Assembly (NCBI RefSeq): GCF_006345805.1
Contig: NC_043001.1
Location: 48,236,001 to 48,300,000 of the forward strand
Length of the DNA stretch: 64,000 bases
Reading direction: 5' to 3'
DNA from: Octopus sinensis
Taxonomy: Eukaryota
Positions 1 to 12,329 of the stretch are shown here, piece by piece (within the stretch, counting starts at the first letter, position 1; the number at the start of each line of letters is the position of its first letter). The translations under genes were made by a program, and so were the position numbers. The notes beneath the pieces were generated by a model. The model was not told the origin of the DNA. It searched no databases and worked only from the letters and a program-made list of their open reading frames with translations.

Positions 1-599
1 ACCAATAAAGATCGAAAATCGATTAAGGCTGTCATTTTATTCAATGTATGGAGTAGTACCTTACCTAAATTTGCCCTGTTTATATATGTACTGCATGGGA
101 TACATATATACATAAATATGTGATTCTCCTTTTCTCTCCTGTTCTTGCTATTCTTTCCCAATGCGCGTTCTGTTTTATTCTGTTATTCTGCTGATATATT
201 TCTCTGTTCCACTGTTTATGTGTCCGTCTCATGTTCTTTTCACCTCTCCCCCTCTGTATCATTTACTCGCTGTGACTCTCCCCCACCTCTCTATCTCTCG
301 CTTTCTCTTTCTTTCAATCTATCTATCTGCCTATCGATTTCATAATCGCTCTTTGTCTGTGTCTTTTACTTTCGTACTCTTTCTGCTCCACCATATTCCC
401 CCAAATCCACCTCTGATTCCGATCGGTCTCCAAAGTTACGTAATAGACCAATGGTTATCTCTTATGAAACAACAGGCGACGCTCTAGAGTCTTCATCGAC
501 TTTTTTCGCATACTATATTACTTTAGACACGTACACGTATTATGCAAACATCCGGTATGTATGTGTGTGTGCACACACACATATATGAGCATAGAAGTA

Positions 600-900
<301 letters not shown>

Positions 901-1468
901 ACATACATAATAATGAAGCCATGATGATAGATATCATAATCAGGAGAGTGTGATGTGAAATACGACAGAGGGACATAACAGCAAACAGAATGAAAATCAG
1001 TGAAAGAGGGAGGGAGTGAAATAGAGTGAGTGAATGAGTGAGTGAAAGAGAGAGAAGGAGAGAGAAAAATAATCAGTTATTTGTAGAATGATGCAGAACT
1101 AAGTTTGTATGCATGGCTGTTAGATCTATTAGGTTAACTGAAGAGAAGTGAAAAAAGACAAAAGCTATATAATATGCATACATATATATATATATATATA
1201 CATGTGTGTGGGCGCGTGCGTATGTGCGGGCGTGTGTGTGTGTGTAATTGTGTGTGCCTGTGCGCGCGTATATGTGTGTGTGTGTGTTTTGGTGTTAGCA
1301 GCTAACAAAATATACAGGACTTCATACCAAAAGGTAGAATACTAATTAAATTTTAGAGACTGACTGATACAAAAGCTGGATTCGACTGACAGTTACATTC
1401 TGGGAAAGTCATATTTCGTCAGATCGCCATATATTTGTATATCTATTCGTCATACGGTTTTATATATA

Positions 1469-1500
<32 letters not shown>

Positions 1501-1589
1501 GGGAATATTACTTCCGAGTACACAGGAAAAAAACATTCAAACTAGATGTAGTAAAATGAACGTCTCTCAATTCAATTTTAAATTCGTAT

Positions 1590-1925
1590 ATATAAAAATA
1601 GTTTTAGAGACAGAACCACCTTCAACTTAATCAACACTAGAAGTGTTGATTGAGTTGAAGGTGGTTCTGTCTCTAAAACTACTTTTACATATATATATAT
1701 ATATATTCAAAATGTGACCGCGTGTGTACCGTTGGCGATTTTTTTTCCTCCGTCTTCGCTTCTCTGGATCTTTCCTTTTCCTATGTTTCTGACGAAGAGC
1801 TCCGCTCGAAACGTTAAACCCTCCTTCTTCCCTTCCTTCCTGAGCGTCCAATAATACTATATTTGTTCCAAGTCCTCGCGTTGTTGTGTTTTCTCTTTGT
1901 GTTTTCATGTTTGGATTAACTATAT
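1590..1925 (+). mobile_element. Penelope-like element terminal (pLTR) remnant with 5' inverted duplication
   Basis: Inverted repeat 1600-1638/1642-1680 (1 mismatch), followed by a non-coding segment containing a hammerhead core (CTGACGA...GAAACGTT). This arrangement is typical of truncated PLE insertions. Confidence 0.6.
1785..1819 (+). ncRNA. Minimal type I hammerhead ribozyme motif
   Basis: GTTT-CTGACGA-A-GAGC(TCC)GCTC-GAAA-CG-TT-AAAC: stem I 4 bp, stem II 4 bp, palindromic stem III AACGTT, GUU cleavage triplet. Confidence 0.65.
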
Positions 1926-2379
1926 TACTCTTTATCTTTTATTAAACTTTTAATACTTTTGATATTTAAAAAATAAATAAATAAATAAATTAATTAATTA
2001 ATTAATTAATTAATAAAATAATATATAAATATAAAAATATACATACATACATATATATATTAGTATATATATATAAAATTTATAAGTTTAAATTATTTAA
2101 ATAATTTTTTATTTTTAACTTTTATATTTTTTAATTAATTTTATGTATTGGCTTATGTTTTTCACTGTTTGCCTAATAGTGGTTTTATCTCTAATATAAT
2201 ATAATATAATATAATATATTTATACTATAAAATTGGATTTAATCCTAAATCTAATTTTCCCTTGTAAGTTTGGATTTATTCCCTAATATTATTATTATTA
2301 TTATATATATATATATAGATAGATAGATAGATAGATAGATATATAGATATATAGATAGATATAGATATGTATATGTATG

Positions 2380-2461
<82 letters not shown>

Positions 2462-2549
2462 CACATCACATACATATACATATATTCTTTGACTCATTTG
2501 TTCATTTCGATCTTTGAACTGTCGCTATACCGTAGTATCCTTCTGAAAG

Positions 2550-3280
2550 GTTCAATCACCCAAATCTATCCCAATGCTTGTTTTAAGTGTGATCGATACT
2601 CTGTCTCTTTTGCCAAACTGGTTAGTTACAAGCAGTGATTTAAACAAGCTAACACCAATTGTCAAGTGCTGAAAGAGAAACATAAGGAGAAAACTTACAC
2701 AAAGATACTTAAGATACATTGAAGCCGTGGAAAGGAAATTTAAATTTATATATAACAACCATCTTTCAAATTTTAAATACTGTGATAAGTGACGTTGAAC
2801 AACCATTTCGGCTTTAATCCAGATACTTAAAGACGAAGGCATAAGTTTCAACATCAAATGGAAAATCCCCTCTGAATCCAGAGCCTATATTAAGGTTTCC
2901 AAAAATATGTTCAGAGTATTCTCTTGAAAAACTGTATCCTTTAAAATTTTGACATCCTCCAACGAATACATAGTTTCGAGGAACAGGGTTTTTCTGCGTG
3001 TCCTCATTTGAAGAGATATATCTTGTCGGAATTTTGAAAGTAGACCACCGGACACTTAGTAAACCATTAACATCTGGTTTACGCCTGCTTGACATTGCAT
3101 TATTGTAGTGTTGGTTGTCTCCCTTGTGTTTTCTTATTTTCTTCTTTACCTGCGTCTCTCGTTTAAACTTTATATCCTCAAACGACAACTAACAACGGTC
3201 TTGTTTTCAGCTTGATAAATGGCGGAATAGATTATTATTTCGAGCAGGAAACGCAGGGTGCCTCTATTTATAATAAAAGC
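2550..3280 (+). pseudogene. Decayed PLE GIY-YIG endonuclease region (Naiad/Neptune-like, tentative)
   Basis: Manual translation from 2703: RYLRYIEAVERKFKFIYNNHLSNF...TTISALIQILKDEGISFNIKWKI...AYIKVSK. It matches the PLE YIG..E..FK.RY.NH..SF / LK....I.W.I pattern, with stops and frameshifts. Confidence 0.65.
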
Positions 3281-3282
3281 TG

Positions 3283-3331
<49 letters not shown>

Positions 3332-3399
3332 TGAAGAAGAGAACAGGGGGAAGAATAAATTTAGTAGATCTTCATTAATAGTAAGTATTGTTTCGGTAC

Positions 3400-4700
3400 T
3401 ACTCCATTTCTAATGACATTGTATGTAAATGACATTCATATGAAAAGGGACACGATTCGTAAAATTTGCACATTTTGTGAAAGGCTTAGAATGCGGAGGT
3501 GTGGAGGGTAGAGGTTATTGAACTTTCGAGATCCGGAGTGGTGACCGAGTACAGTGCGGTGTGGGGCTTAGTTGTGGGTTGATGGAATGTGGATGGGTAG
3601 AAGTAGGCTTGATGATGCTAGGATCAGTATTGGAAAAGTGAAACACGAATTTAGCTTTTAGCTTAGTGCTGGGGATATAGAAGATCTCACACAAACCGCT
3701 GATCTGGAGAGCTTTGTTATAGTACGGGGCATTATTTGCTGATAAGTAAGAAATTCTAATAGAGAAAGCAGGGAAGAAAGTTGTTAAGGCTAAGTGGAGA
3801 GAGATTAAATAAGACTTTTATATATTGTAGTGAGTCGTTAGGTTTTTGGAAAGTGTAATATAAGTTTGCATCTAAGTCGGGAGTGACATCTAAGAAGTTA
3901 GCTTTTGGGTATTATTTTCAAAGGTCATAACTTTTAAAGAATCAATGGCGGGCTTTCCCGATGCGTTCAACGGATGGGATGGTAGAGATAAACCAGTGAC
4001 TGTAAGGTGTGCATCATCCCTATACAGACATCCGGAAAGATTTAAGAAGTTTTGGTTAATCTGGAAAAGAAGGAATAGGTTTGCCAGGTCAGTAACCTGG
4101 GAGGAGTCGGATGAGCCCATTGTTATATCAAATAAACCTACAAACGAATTACGAGATCAGTAATTACTATTCGAATATAGAAATGCTTTTCTAGCCGCCA
4201 GGATTATGTTGATGTCATATCGGGAGATATGTATGCATTCACTTGCAAAGTTTGGGGCCTTAATTTAACAGAATTAATGTTCGAAATGTCGAACTGAAAG
4301 CAGTGGGTACATGACTAATAAGAAAGTGAGAAGAAACAAGTGATGCCGTCGCTGTTAGAATTTCTAAGTGGAAGCTTAACCTGGCTCCTAGACAGAGGTA
4401 TAATTTGGTCAATTTTGCATTTACTAATTCGACTTAAATCTGATTTTGTGGGGTAGATTACATATATACAGGAGATGCGTGTGGAATATGTCAGTGATTG
4501 ATAAAATTGTTGTGCCGTTCTATGACATACCTCTCAGTACTTTCCTAGAACTCTTTATGATATATATGTGATATAAATGACATTTTCATTTGTAATCTTC
4601 TCTGTTAAAATGGTCTTCAATTATTTTTTGTTCATTTGGTGTTTTGTAGTTATGTCTTGAATTCAGAAATAATAACTTCGAAAATATACTTACATATAGG
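3400..4700 (-). pseudogene. Decayed PLE reverse transcriptase (Naiad-like, tentative)
   Basis: Minus-strand motifs KSDLSRISK, FQFDIS, IILAARKAFLY, FDITMGSSDSSQVTDL, LYRDD (ORF 3890-4120), NFLDVT, QKPND, APYYNKALQISG. Confidence 0.8.
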
Positions 4701-5053
4701 AGGAGAGTATGTTTCCATGGGAAATTAGAGACCTCACTCAATGTTAACATTGTTTTTATAATTACATTCGAAATACCAATGCATAACTATTTGATAGTAG
4801 GCATATTTTTTCTCCTCAAAGTGTTTGTTGCAGAAGATCCGCCCAGCAGTTCTAGAATTGTATGGGATATATTCAGGTACTGAGCAGAAACTTTTGTAGG
4901 GATCACTTCTGACTCATAAAATATACACGTTTGAACACTTGGCCGATGCTTTGTTGATTTTTATTGTTGTTGTTGTTGCCACTTAGCCTCAAGTCAGACA
5001 TGATCTACTAGACTTATAATAAAAGGCATTCTAGATATAAGCATCCCCTTATT

Positions 5054-5310
5054 TTATTTTCTTCTGGTGAGGATATCCAGGACCATGTTATCTAATATAT
5101 CATTTTCTGGTTTAAGCTGGTCAAGGCGTGACTTGAGAGAGATTTGGCTGATATTTTCTTTCAGATCGAGCGACATGTTGACACACTGTTTTTGACCCCA
5201 AGTCGATGACTTGTTTATGTTTAGCTGATACATCATGAGTGTTGCCATGGCATTCTCAATCAGAGCATCTGCCTTCTTCACATCTGTCTTGCCTTCTGAT
5301 AAATCCAGTG
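5054..5310 (-). CDS. Candidate coding segment of unknown host gene or pseudogene
   Basis: Non-repetitive, protein-like open frame (EGKTDVKKADALIENAMATLMM...DILDNMVLDILTRRK*). No family recognised. Confidence 0.25.
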
Positions 5311-6316
5311 TTACAGTATGGCATAGAAAAATGTAATGCAACATGGTATAAAAAAACGGCTCATTGTGTTTCTGTATGGTCACAATGCTTTTACATATAT
5401 CTCCTTTGTATGATACATTTTAATCAATGCTAGGTTACTGTAGCACTGAGTATTGCATAGTAACAGTTAAAAAGGCAATTGATGTGGGTGTTTTCACTTA
5501 GAAAAGCAGTTTTACTATGATTATCTATCATGTATGTATATTTATTTTGGGTAAATTCAATCACGAATATAATTAAAATCTAACTACTTCCAGCTATTTC
5601 TCAGAATTAGATATTTCTTGTGTAATTCTTCAGAACATCGATCAAGAGATTATGTTCTACAATGGTATTACTTGAAGTTGAAGAACCCTGTGTATAACTA
5701 CATGATTGCTTTGTACAAGAAGCGATAGTGGGTTTGATGCCAAAATATATAGAAGCCTGGACACACACCTTCCTTGGAAAGTTCGTCTTGGGAGATAAAA
5801 AATTGAACTTTCAGTTACCAGGTAAAGTATAGTTGACCCAGTCTTTGTAAATCTTTCTAAGGAAGCAGATACGTTTTCCAAATGTTTAATTTCAGCAGCC
5901 ACTAAAATAAATAGATTGAGTCAAAGGTTTTCTGTAGTCAAAACATTCTATAACAAGGTTTCTGTAATGCTTAGTATTATTTCAGACATAATGTAATTAA
6001 TTATAAGTTGCTCGGCATATCCAAACCCACCCCTCTTTCCACGTGCCGCTTCAACATTAACTGCATTGCTGGACTCACAGTGGCCTTGGAGGAATACATT
6101 TAAATAGCTTCAGTAAAGTTTACATATAATATTTAAGTAAGCAATGAGCTTCTAAATTTTTGCCAAGTGGGTGTTTTCATTCTTGGCAACAAGGTATGCC
6201 AACGCTATCGCTATGCTGATGTATGCAAACAGTTATTTATATTTAGCTAAGCATATAAATGTTTGTATATTTGTATCCATGTATGAATATATATATACAT
6301 ACATACACACACACAC

Positions 6317-6378
<62 letters not shown>

Positions 6379-7039
6379 TATATATATAATATATATATAT
6401 ATACATAAATATATTTACATATCTATATTTATATATGTATACATATATATGTATATGTCGATATGCATATATATATGTATGCATGTATATGTATGTATAT
6501 ATATATTTACATATGTATATACATGTGTGTGTGTATATATATACATATGGACATACATGCATACACACATACATACATACATACATATATATATATGTAT
6601 ATATATTTATACACACAAGCACACACGCATTATGTATCTACACTTGTGTAAGTGTGTGTATGTTCCAAAGAAACCTACAAACTACCTATCATCTCAAATA
6701 TCTACTTACATTTGTCATATCTACCACTAGACTTCGAAATCTCCTGCTCGCCTTAACAGCCTCTTAAGTGAGAATAACACGGCTTTGGAAGGATAAACGA
6801 GATTTACACTGAGAATAGTCAACGTCGAACAAATGTAGACAGTCGCCATCGTCATCATAATCAACATAATTATCAATATCCTCGTTACTTTTTATCACTA
6901 TCATCACTACGCTACATATCCATCCATAAACAGAAACATAGGTGTATACACATATACACTCATTCAATTGGGCGTCTGCACAGTCTCCAGTCAAGAGGTT
7001 TTCATACCTCAAATGTAACGGAAACAGCCATTAACAATG

Positions 7040-8500
7040 AAGTTCAACAACTTGAATCTCTCTTTCACATATTTTTGGTTGCATCTTGCAGTTCCAAGGG
7101 CTTCACAGTCTCTTTTGCTTATTAGCTATTTAGTAACAATCTCCTGATCTTGAATTTTAAATGCATGCCCTTCAAAATGTGATGTGATGTAACGGTCACG
7201 AGTCCAAGAGAGGCTGCTCTTCATATCGATATTATTGTCTTCTGGCCTCGTGCCAAAATTTGAAACTGATATTACTGTCTTCTTCAATCTTCGGGAAACA
7301 TATTCATGCATTATCTTTTTTTCTTTAGTTTGCTTAACGTTTCGCATCCGGGTTTTCTTCGAGATATGTTAGTCCCATTGTTCTGAGGTTGTAGAATGTT
7401 GTTCTCTTCACTTTTCAACACTAAGTTTACGCATTTAACTGTTGTTTATCAAGTGCTGTCTGAGAGAGACTTTACTAGGGGTGCTGAAAATTTCCTGGCT
7501 TTAATCATATCGCGAAAAGGCTTGGCTGGAGGGTCAACCTTCCGAGTTCTTTTACAGGGCTTAGAAAACTGAAGAACCGCTGTAAAAAGTGTGTGAATCT
7601 GAGATGGGAATATGTTGAATAAAGTCATAATTAAATGATCCTCCAGTATTTTCCCCCAAAGCCAAGAACTTTTCGGCACTCCCTTGTACGATATTCAAAA
7701 GCTGTCCGTGCTGATCTCAAGCCTCTACCTCCTTCATTCCTTATTAGATAAAACCTGTCGATATCAAAATTTCTGTGCAAGTTTCCAGTAAATGTCAGAA
7801 TTTTACGGGTTTTAATGTCTATGGAGTGGATGTCCTCTACGGACCAGTCATTTATCTCAAATTATGGAATCAGTACTAGCATTTCAAATGCATTGTGGGA
7901 CATTGTCTTCTTGTAAGACGGAATTTCCAACTGCCATATTTTTTTAAACTCTCGATTTACTGTATATTCAATCACAGAACCTTCGTTTATGGTTTCATCA
8001 ATACCTAGGTATTTGTGACATATTTTGTGTGGTGCAGGAGAGATAGTGAGACCGGTTATACATAAGTTTGGGGCCCCAGGGACTTATTTTCCACGTTAAA
8101 ACATATGAACATTTCTTTTGGGAAAAATTCCTTTTCTGTGTCAGTTCAAAATGTATTCCTAGAATTTCTAACATTCTTAGCAAAATCTGCAGATTATCCA
8201 CACAAAAAATTGGGGGTTCCATTACCAGTTGCATGTAGCCGTTTGATTTTTGTAGCAGGAATGATAACAGATTTAATGTCAAAATGAACAGAATTACAGA
8301 AAGAGAATCATCTTGGAATATTTTCCTTCAAAAATTTATAAAATTGGAGACCATCCTTCGTCTCTCAATTGTAAGCGTAAGAACTGTTGCCCAGATCTTT
8401 GTGAAACATTCAATGTCAGCAACTAGAGATAGCAAGGACTTTTGCCAAATGTAGACATTTCAGCAACCATGAGTGGGGAATAGGGTCGCAAGGCTTCTAT
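7040..8500 (-). mobile_element. R4/Dong-type REL LINE fragment A (RT and post-RT region), interrupted by a MITE
   Basis: Motifs IFQDDSLSVILFILTLN, VDNLQIL, KYLGIDE, WSVEDIHSIDIKTRKILT...DRFYLIRNEGGRGL, and SLSWTRDRYITSHFEG..IQDQEI (ORF 7126-7347). Confidence 0.8.
7475..7686 (+). mobile_element. Mariner-derived MITE (~210 bp)
   Basis: TIRs GGGGTGCTGAAAATTTCCTGGCTT / AAGCCAAGAACTTTTCGGCACTCCCT with TA flanks; internal remnant GLRKLKNRCKKCVNLRWEYVE* resembles a mariner transposase C-terminus. Confidence 0.75.
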
Positions 8501-8595
8501 GGTGTATTCTTACTTCAGACAGTAGAGCTTTGTTATTAAAAGTTTCTCGGCGCATCCCCAAACTCCCTTCTTTCTAACTGCCAGTCCATCAGTCA

Positions 8596-8654
8596 TGTAT
8601 GTATGTATGTATGTATGTATGTATGTATGTATGTATGTATGTATGTATGTATGT
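8596..8654. repeat. (ATGT)n microsatellite at the 3' end of Dong fragment B
   Basis: Direct inspection. Confidence 0.9.
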
Positions 8655-8689
8655 GTGGTTGTCTTTTGTTTTTAATCATTTAATTTTAT

Positions 8690-9545
8690 TCTCTGGAGCT
8701 TGTTTCTAACAAAGTTGCAAAGCTCCATCTTTGGAATGTAGATAACGAAAACAATGTCACATTTTAAACCTGAGAAAGTCTTACATATTGTTACCGTCCC
8801 ACTTAAAGATTGTGTTTATAATGTACGAGTTAATTGGTTCATTTATTTTTCTGAAAATTCAAATTTAACTATGTGCACCAATTATTATTGGTATATGTAA
8901 TCTGGATATAGAAGGACGAGGTTTCGAAACAGTTGTCCATAGTTATCTTTGTTTTCTTGGATTTTCAAAGAGATATTTATATCAGCAGGACAGTTATCTC
9001 TATGACGGTACATACTTTTTCTTGTCTGTCCCAAACAACAATATCTGGCTTGTTATGTTTTTACTTGACAGATGCTTTGACGGGAATGTTGTACCAGTAT
9101 CCCTGGTGTTGGTATTTGAGTACACATTCAATAACAGGGGTATTCTATATATTTATTCCAGGAGAGTCTTTTTTATGAATGACATTCTATGTCATTTTTG
9201 CGATAACGTCGTGTCGCATAGGGAGATAGATAACATTCTCAGCTTACTGCTAATCACATGTGTGATGCCTTCCTCAAAAATATGGCATAATCTACGTTTT
9301 GGTTGCATTTCGGGACACCAAGGGCATCACTATCTCTTTCGTTTATTAGATATTTAATAGCAATCTATTCTCTTGGACTGCTAATGCGTATCCTTCGAAT
9401 TGTGATGTGATGTAGCGGTCACGAGTCTAAGAGATGCTTCGCTTCATGTCAATATCATTCTCTTCTTCACGTTTTCGGGACAATTTCGATACAAATACCC
9501 ATATATGGCCTGTTTTGGTATACTGAGTGCTTCACATCCAGGTCT
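8690..9545 (-). mobile_element. R4/Dong-type REL LINE fragment B (CCHC knuckle, REL endonuclease, 3' end)
   Basis: Minus-strand RLCHIFEEGITHVIS, RHDVIAK, YWYNIPV, HNKPDIVVWDRQEKVCTVIE, CPADINISLKIQENKDNYGQL, GTVTICKTF. Confidence 0.8.
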
Positions 9546-9694
9546 TTGAGGTATGTATGTATGTATGCTTGTGTGTGCGTGCGTGTGTGTGTTTGTACGT
9601 GTGTATGTGAGCGGGTGGCATCAGCTGCACACACTAATATAGAGTTATTAGACATACAGGAAAATCGAAATGATTGCACAAACGGGTATGCCTA

Positions 9695-10951
9695 CTGGGG
9701 TGGGTTGAAAATTTCATAGGCTATGAAATAGTGCATTCATTAATTTCATCTTTTCTTATTAGTAATTGTATTGTTTATTACCAGGTAAACTGTTCAAAGA
9801 ACAATTCAAAAATCCCCATTCTTCAAAAGCAATTCAAATCGACAAAATTTGTTATCATTGTGTTCAGCCACCTACACAAAAAGGGTTTGGCCCCCAACAA
9901 CATTCATGCTGATGTGGTTATTACATTAGGGAATAATGCACCAGTTTTATTAACAATGAAAATGTAGGCAGCTGAATTTAGGAGGGGAAGACAAGGTCTT
10001 GAAGATGATCCATGGTCTTGACGTTCTGCAATTAAAATTCCCGAGGGCAACATTGTTCGTGTTCACCACATGCTGATGGATGACTGACAATTGACATTGA
10101 ATCAATAGCCAATGCTATTAGCATACTCGTGATGGAGTTGAGAATATTTTGCTCAATGAACTTGACATGACAAAAGTTTCTGCTCAGTGGGTGTCACGTC
10201 TTTTGACTACCGATTGAAAGCACACCAGGCTGACCACATCACGAGAAAATGACATCGTTTCAGGCAGATCTAGCTTGTTTCCTTGAACGTTTCCTAACTC
10301 AGGGCGAGTGTTGAATTGATGACGTTGAACCAGAGACAAAGAGACAAGCAAAACAGCGGGAACACCCTTCCTCACATGCTTCAAAAAGAGGCTACGGTCT
10401 TTTCATCTGTAGGAAAGGTGACGACTTCAGTATTTTGCGATGCAAAAGGCTTTGTTTTTATTGGTTATCTTCAAAAGGGCCATACCATCAATGGAGAGTA
10501 CTATGGCAACTTCCTGAGGCAGTTACGAAAGGCTGTCAATACTAAACACCCAGGAAATCTGATGAAAGGTTTCATGTTCATTAGGACAATGCTCCTGGAC
10601 ACAAGCCCTTGCTTTCAGTGATTGTTGTGTGCGACAGAGGCCTTCAGCTGGTTGATCACCCTCCCTGTCTTCCTGATTTGGCCCCATCTGTTTATTATTA
10701 ATTACCCAACATGAAAAAATCCATTTGTCGCAGTAGTGATGACTTCATATCTACTGTTTATTACGTTCTGGAACATTAGATGAAGGCTTCTACGCCAATG
10801 CAATCCAATGACTGAAACAGCGATGGAAGAAGTGAGTGGACTGCAAGGAAAAGGCTATGTTGAAAAAATAACCTCATTTTGTCACATTCCATCAGTAGAT
10901 ACCTTGGCGTGAGTATCTTAATCAGCCGATGAACTTTTTAGCCTACCATAG
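9695..10951 (+). mobile_element. Full-length decayed mariner DNA transposon (~1.26 kb)
   Basis: TIRs CTGGGGTGGGTTGAAAATTTCATAGGCT / AGCCGATGAACTTTTTAGCCTACCATAG with TA flanks; motifs AEFRRGRQGLEDDP, WVSRLLT, GKVTTSVFCDAKG, GHTINGEYY, HPPCLPDLAPS; many stops. Confidence 0.9.
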
Positions 10952-11031
10952 TAAGTTTGATCAGATTATCAGTTGTCCACTGGAAATCATAACTTCGGCA
11001 TTTAGGACAATATTGTTGGTTCGAAAAGTGC

Positions 11032-11099
11032 GCACAACCTGATAGATTTCCAAGATTATAGACGTATGCACAACATGATAGATTTCCAAGATTATAGAC
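11032..11099. repeat. 36-bp tandem duplication
   Basis: GCACAAC(C/A)TGATAGATTTCCAAGATTATAGAC occurs at 11032 and 11068. Confidence 0.85.
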
Positions 11100-11532
11100 A
11101 AGTACTCGCGAAAAAAGATGAAAATCAGGAAACTTAATGACCTGGACAGTAAATAGATTAACGAATAAGGAAAGTGGTAGAAAATTGTTATGGTCCTAAA
11201 AAGCAACAAATCGAGAGAGACGAAAATAGACATAGAGTTGCTGCGAAAGCAGTGGAATAAAGAGGCCTAGGAAGAGGAACGGGAACCAAGAGGAAATAGG
11301 ACACAGAAATACCAAGTGGAAAGGAAGAGAGTGAGGAGATAGTAACATGCAAATGAATATAAAAATGTGAAATTTAAGAAACTAAGCAAAGCTGATGTCT
11401 GGCCAGAGATTAAAGGGGAGAGACCGAGATAGAAGCGTCACAGATGAAAGAGACAAAATGGAAATGTGGTTACAAAAAAGATAGAAAGTGATGGGTAGAT
11501 GTAAATAGAAAGGGAATTTGCGGACGCAGGTT

Positions 11533-11626
11533 AGAGAACTCAATGCAACACTCCGTCTGGGGAATCGAACCCACGATCTGGAAATCGTGATTGCAACACC
11601 CTAACCACTAAGCCATGCGACTTCAC
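11533..11626 (-). mobile_element. tRNA-derived SINE head
   Basis: A box TGGCTTAGTGG and B box GGTTCGATTCC on the minus strand; no complete cloverleaf. Confidence 0.7.
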
Positions 11627-11999
11627 AGTAACTGTATATGGTATATATGTATGAGTATATATGTGTGTGAAAGAAAACTCCGAATGACCCGTCCTTGTTT
11701 TCTTTGTATCGTCTATCTGGATGTTTTGTTGCCCGTTTCTTGTATTTTGTTCACATACAGACAGATCTATAAACCTACATATACATGTTCATCTACATAC
11801 AAATATTCACATACATATAAATATACATATGCATGTAAATATATACCCATGCTCAATGGCATGTGGGTTAACGATCCCTTCAAGTTCTAGACCCAGCACA
11901 GGAAAGGTTCCAGGTGCGGTGTTTGCATAAAATAAGAATACAAATGGCTTAAAGTTTCATTACACCTGTTTCCGACACGTGATTTTTAATTCAACTGAA

Positions 12000-12050
<51 letters not shown>

Positions 12051-12218
12051 TAATAGCTATCGCCAAGCTAACATGGCAGTCCAAAAAGATAGGACGAATG
12101 CTGCCGTTGATTAGCTCCAAGAGGCCATCACCTCTAGCGAGCTATGTAACACACAAACCTGTGTCCATTATAACCTTCGAACAGGGGAGGTCAGCAGTTT
12201 CCCCTTGCTGGTCTGGCA

Positions 12219-12261
12219 TCCACAGACTAGTTTCGAGGTGTTTGCCTCTTATCAATGCGGA
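12219..12261 (-). ncRNA. Minimal type I hammerhead ribozyme motif, U3:A8 core variant
   Basis: Minus strand TCCGCA-TTGATAA-GAGG(CAAACA)CCTC-GAAA-CTAG-TC-TGTGGA: 6-bp stem I, 4-bp stem II, palindromic stem III ACTAGT, GUC triplet. Confidence 0.65.
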
Positions 12262-12294
12262 GTAGCCGAAACCAGCAGGCGTGGCTACATATAT

Positions 12295-12329
<35 letters not shown>

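Noticed and set aside
1601-1610. GTTTTAGAGA resembles the start of type II CRISPR repeats / sgRNA scaffold
   Set aside because: It is a single hairpin with no repeat-spacer array and no cas genes, in a eukaryotic context; PLE inversion explains it.
2560-2950. Selenocysteine-type UGA codons as described for some Naiad PLEs
   Set aside because: The TGAs seen are not at conserved Cys positions or arise from frameshifts; the copy is too decayed to judge.
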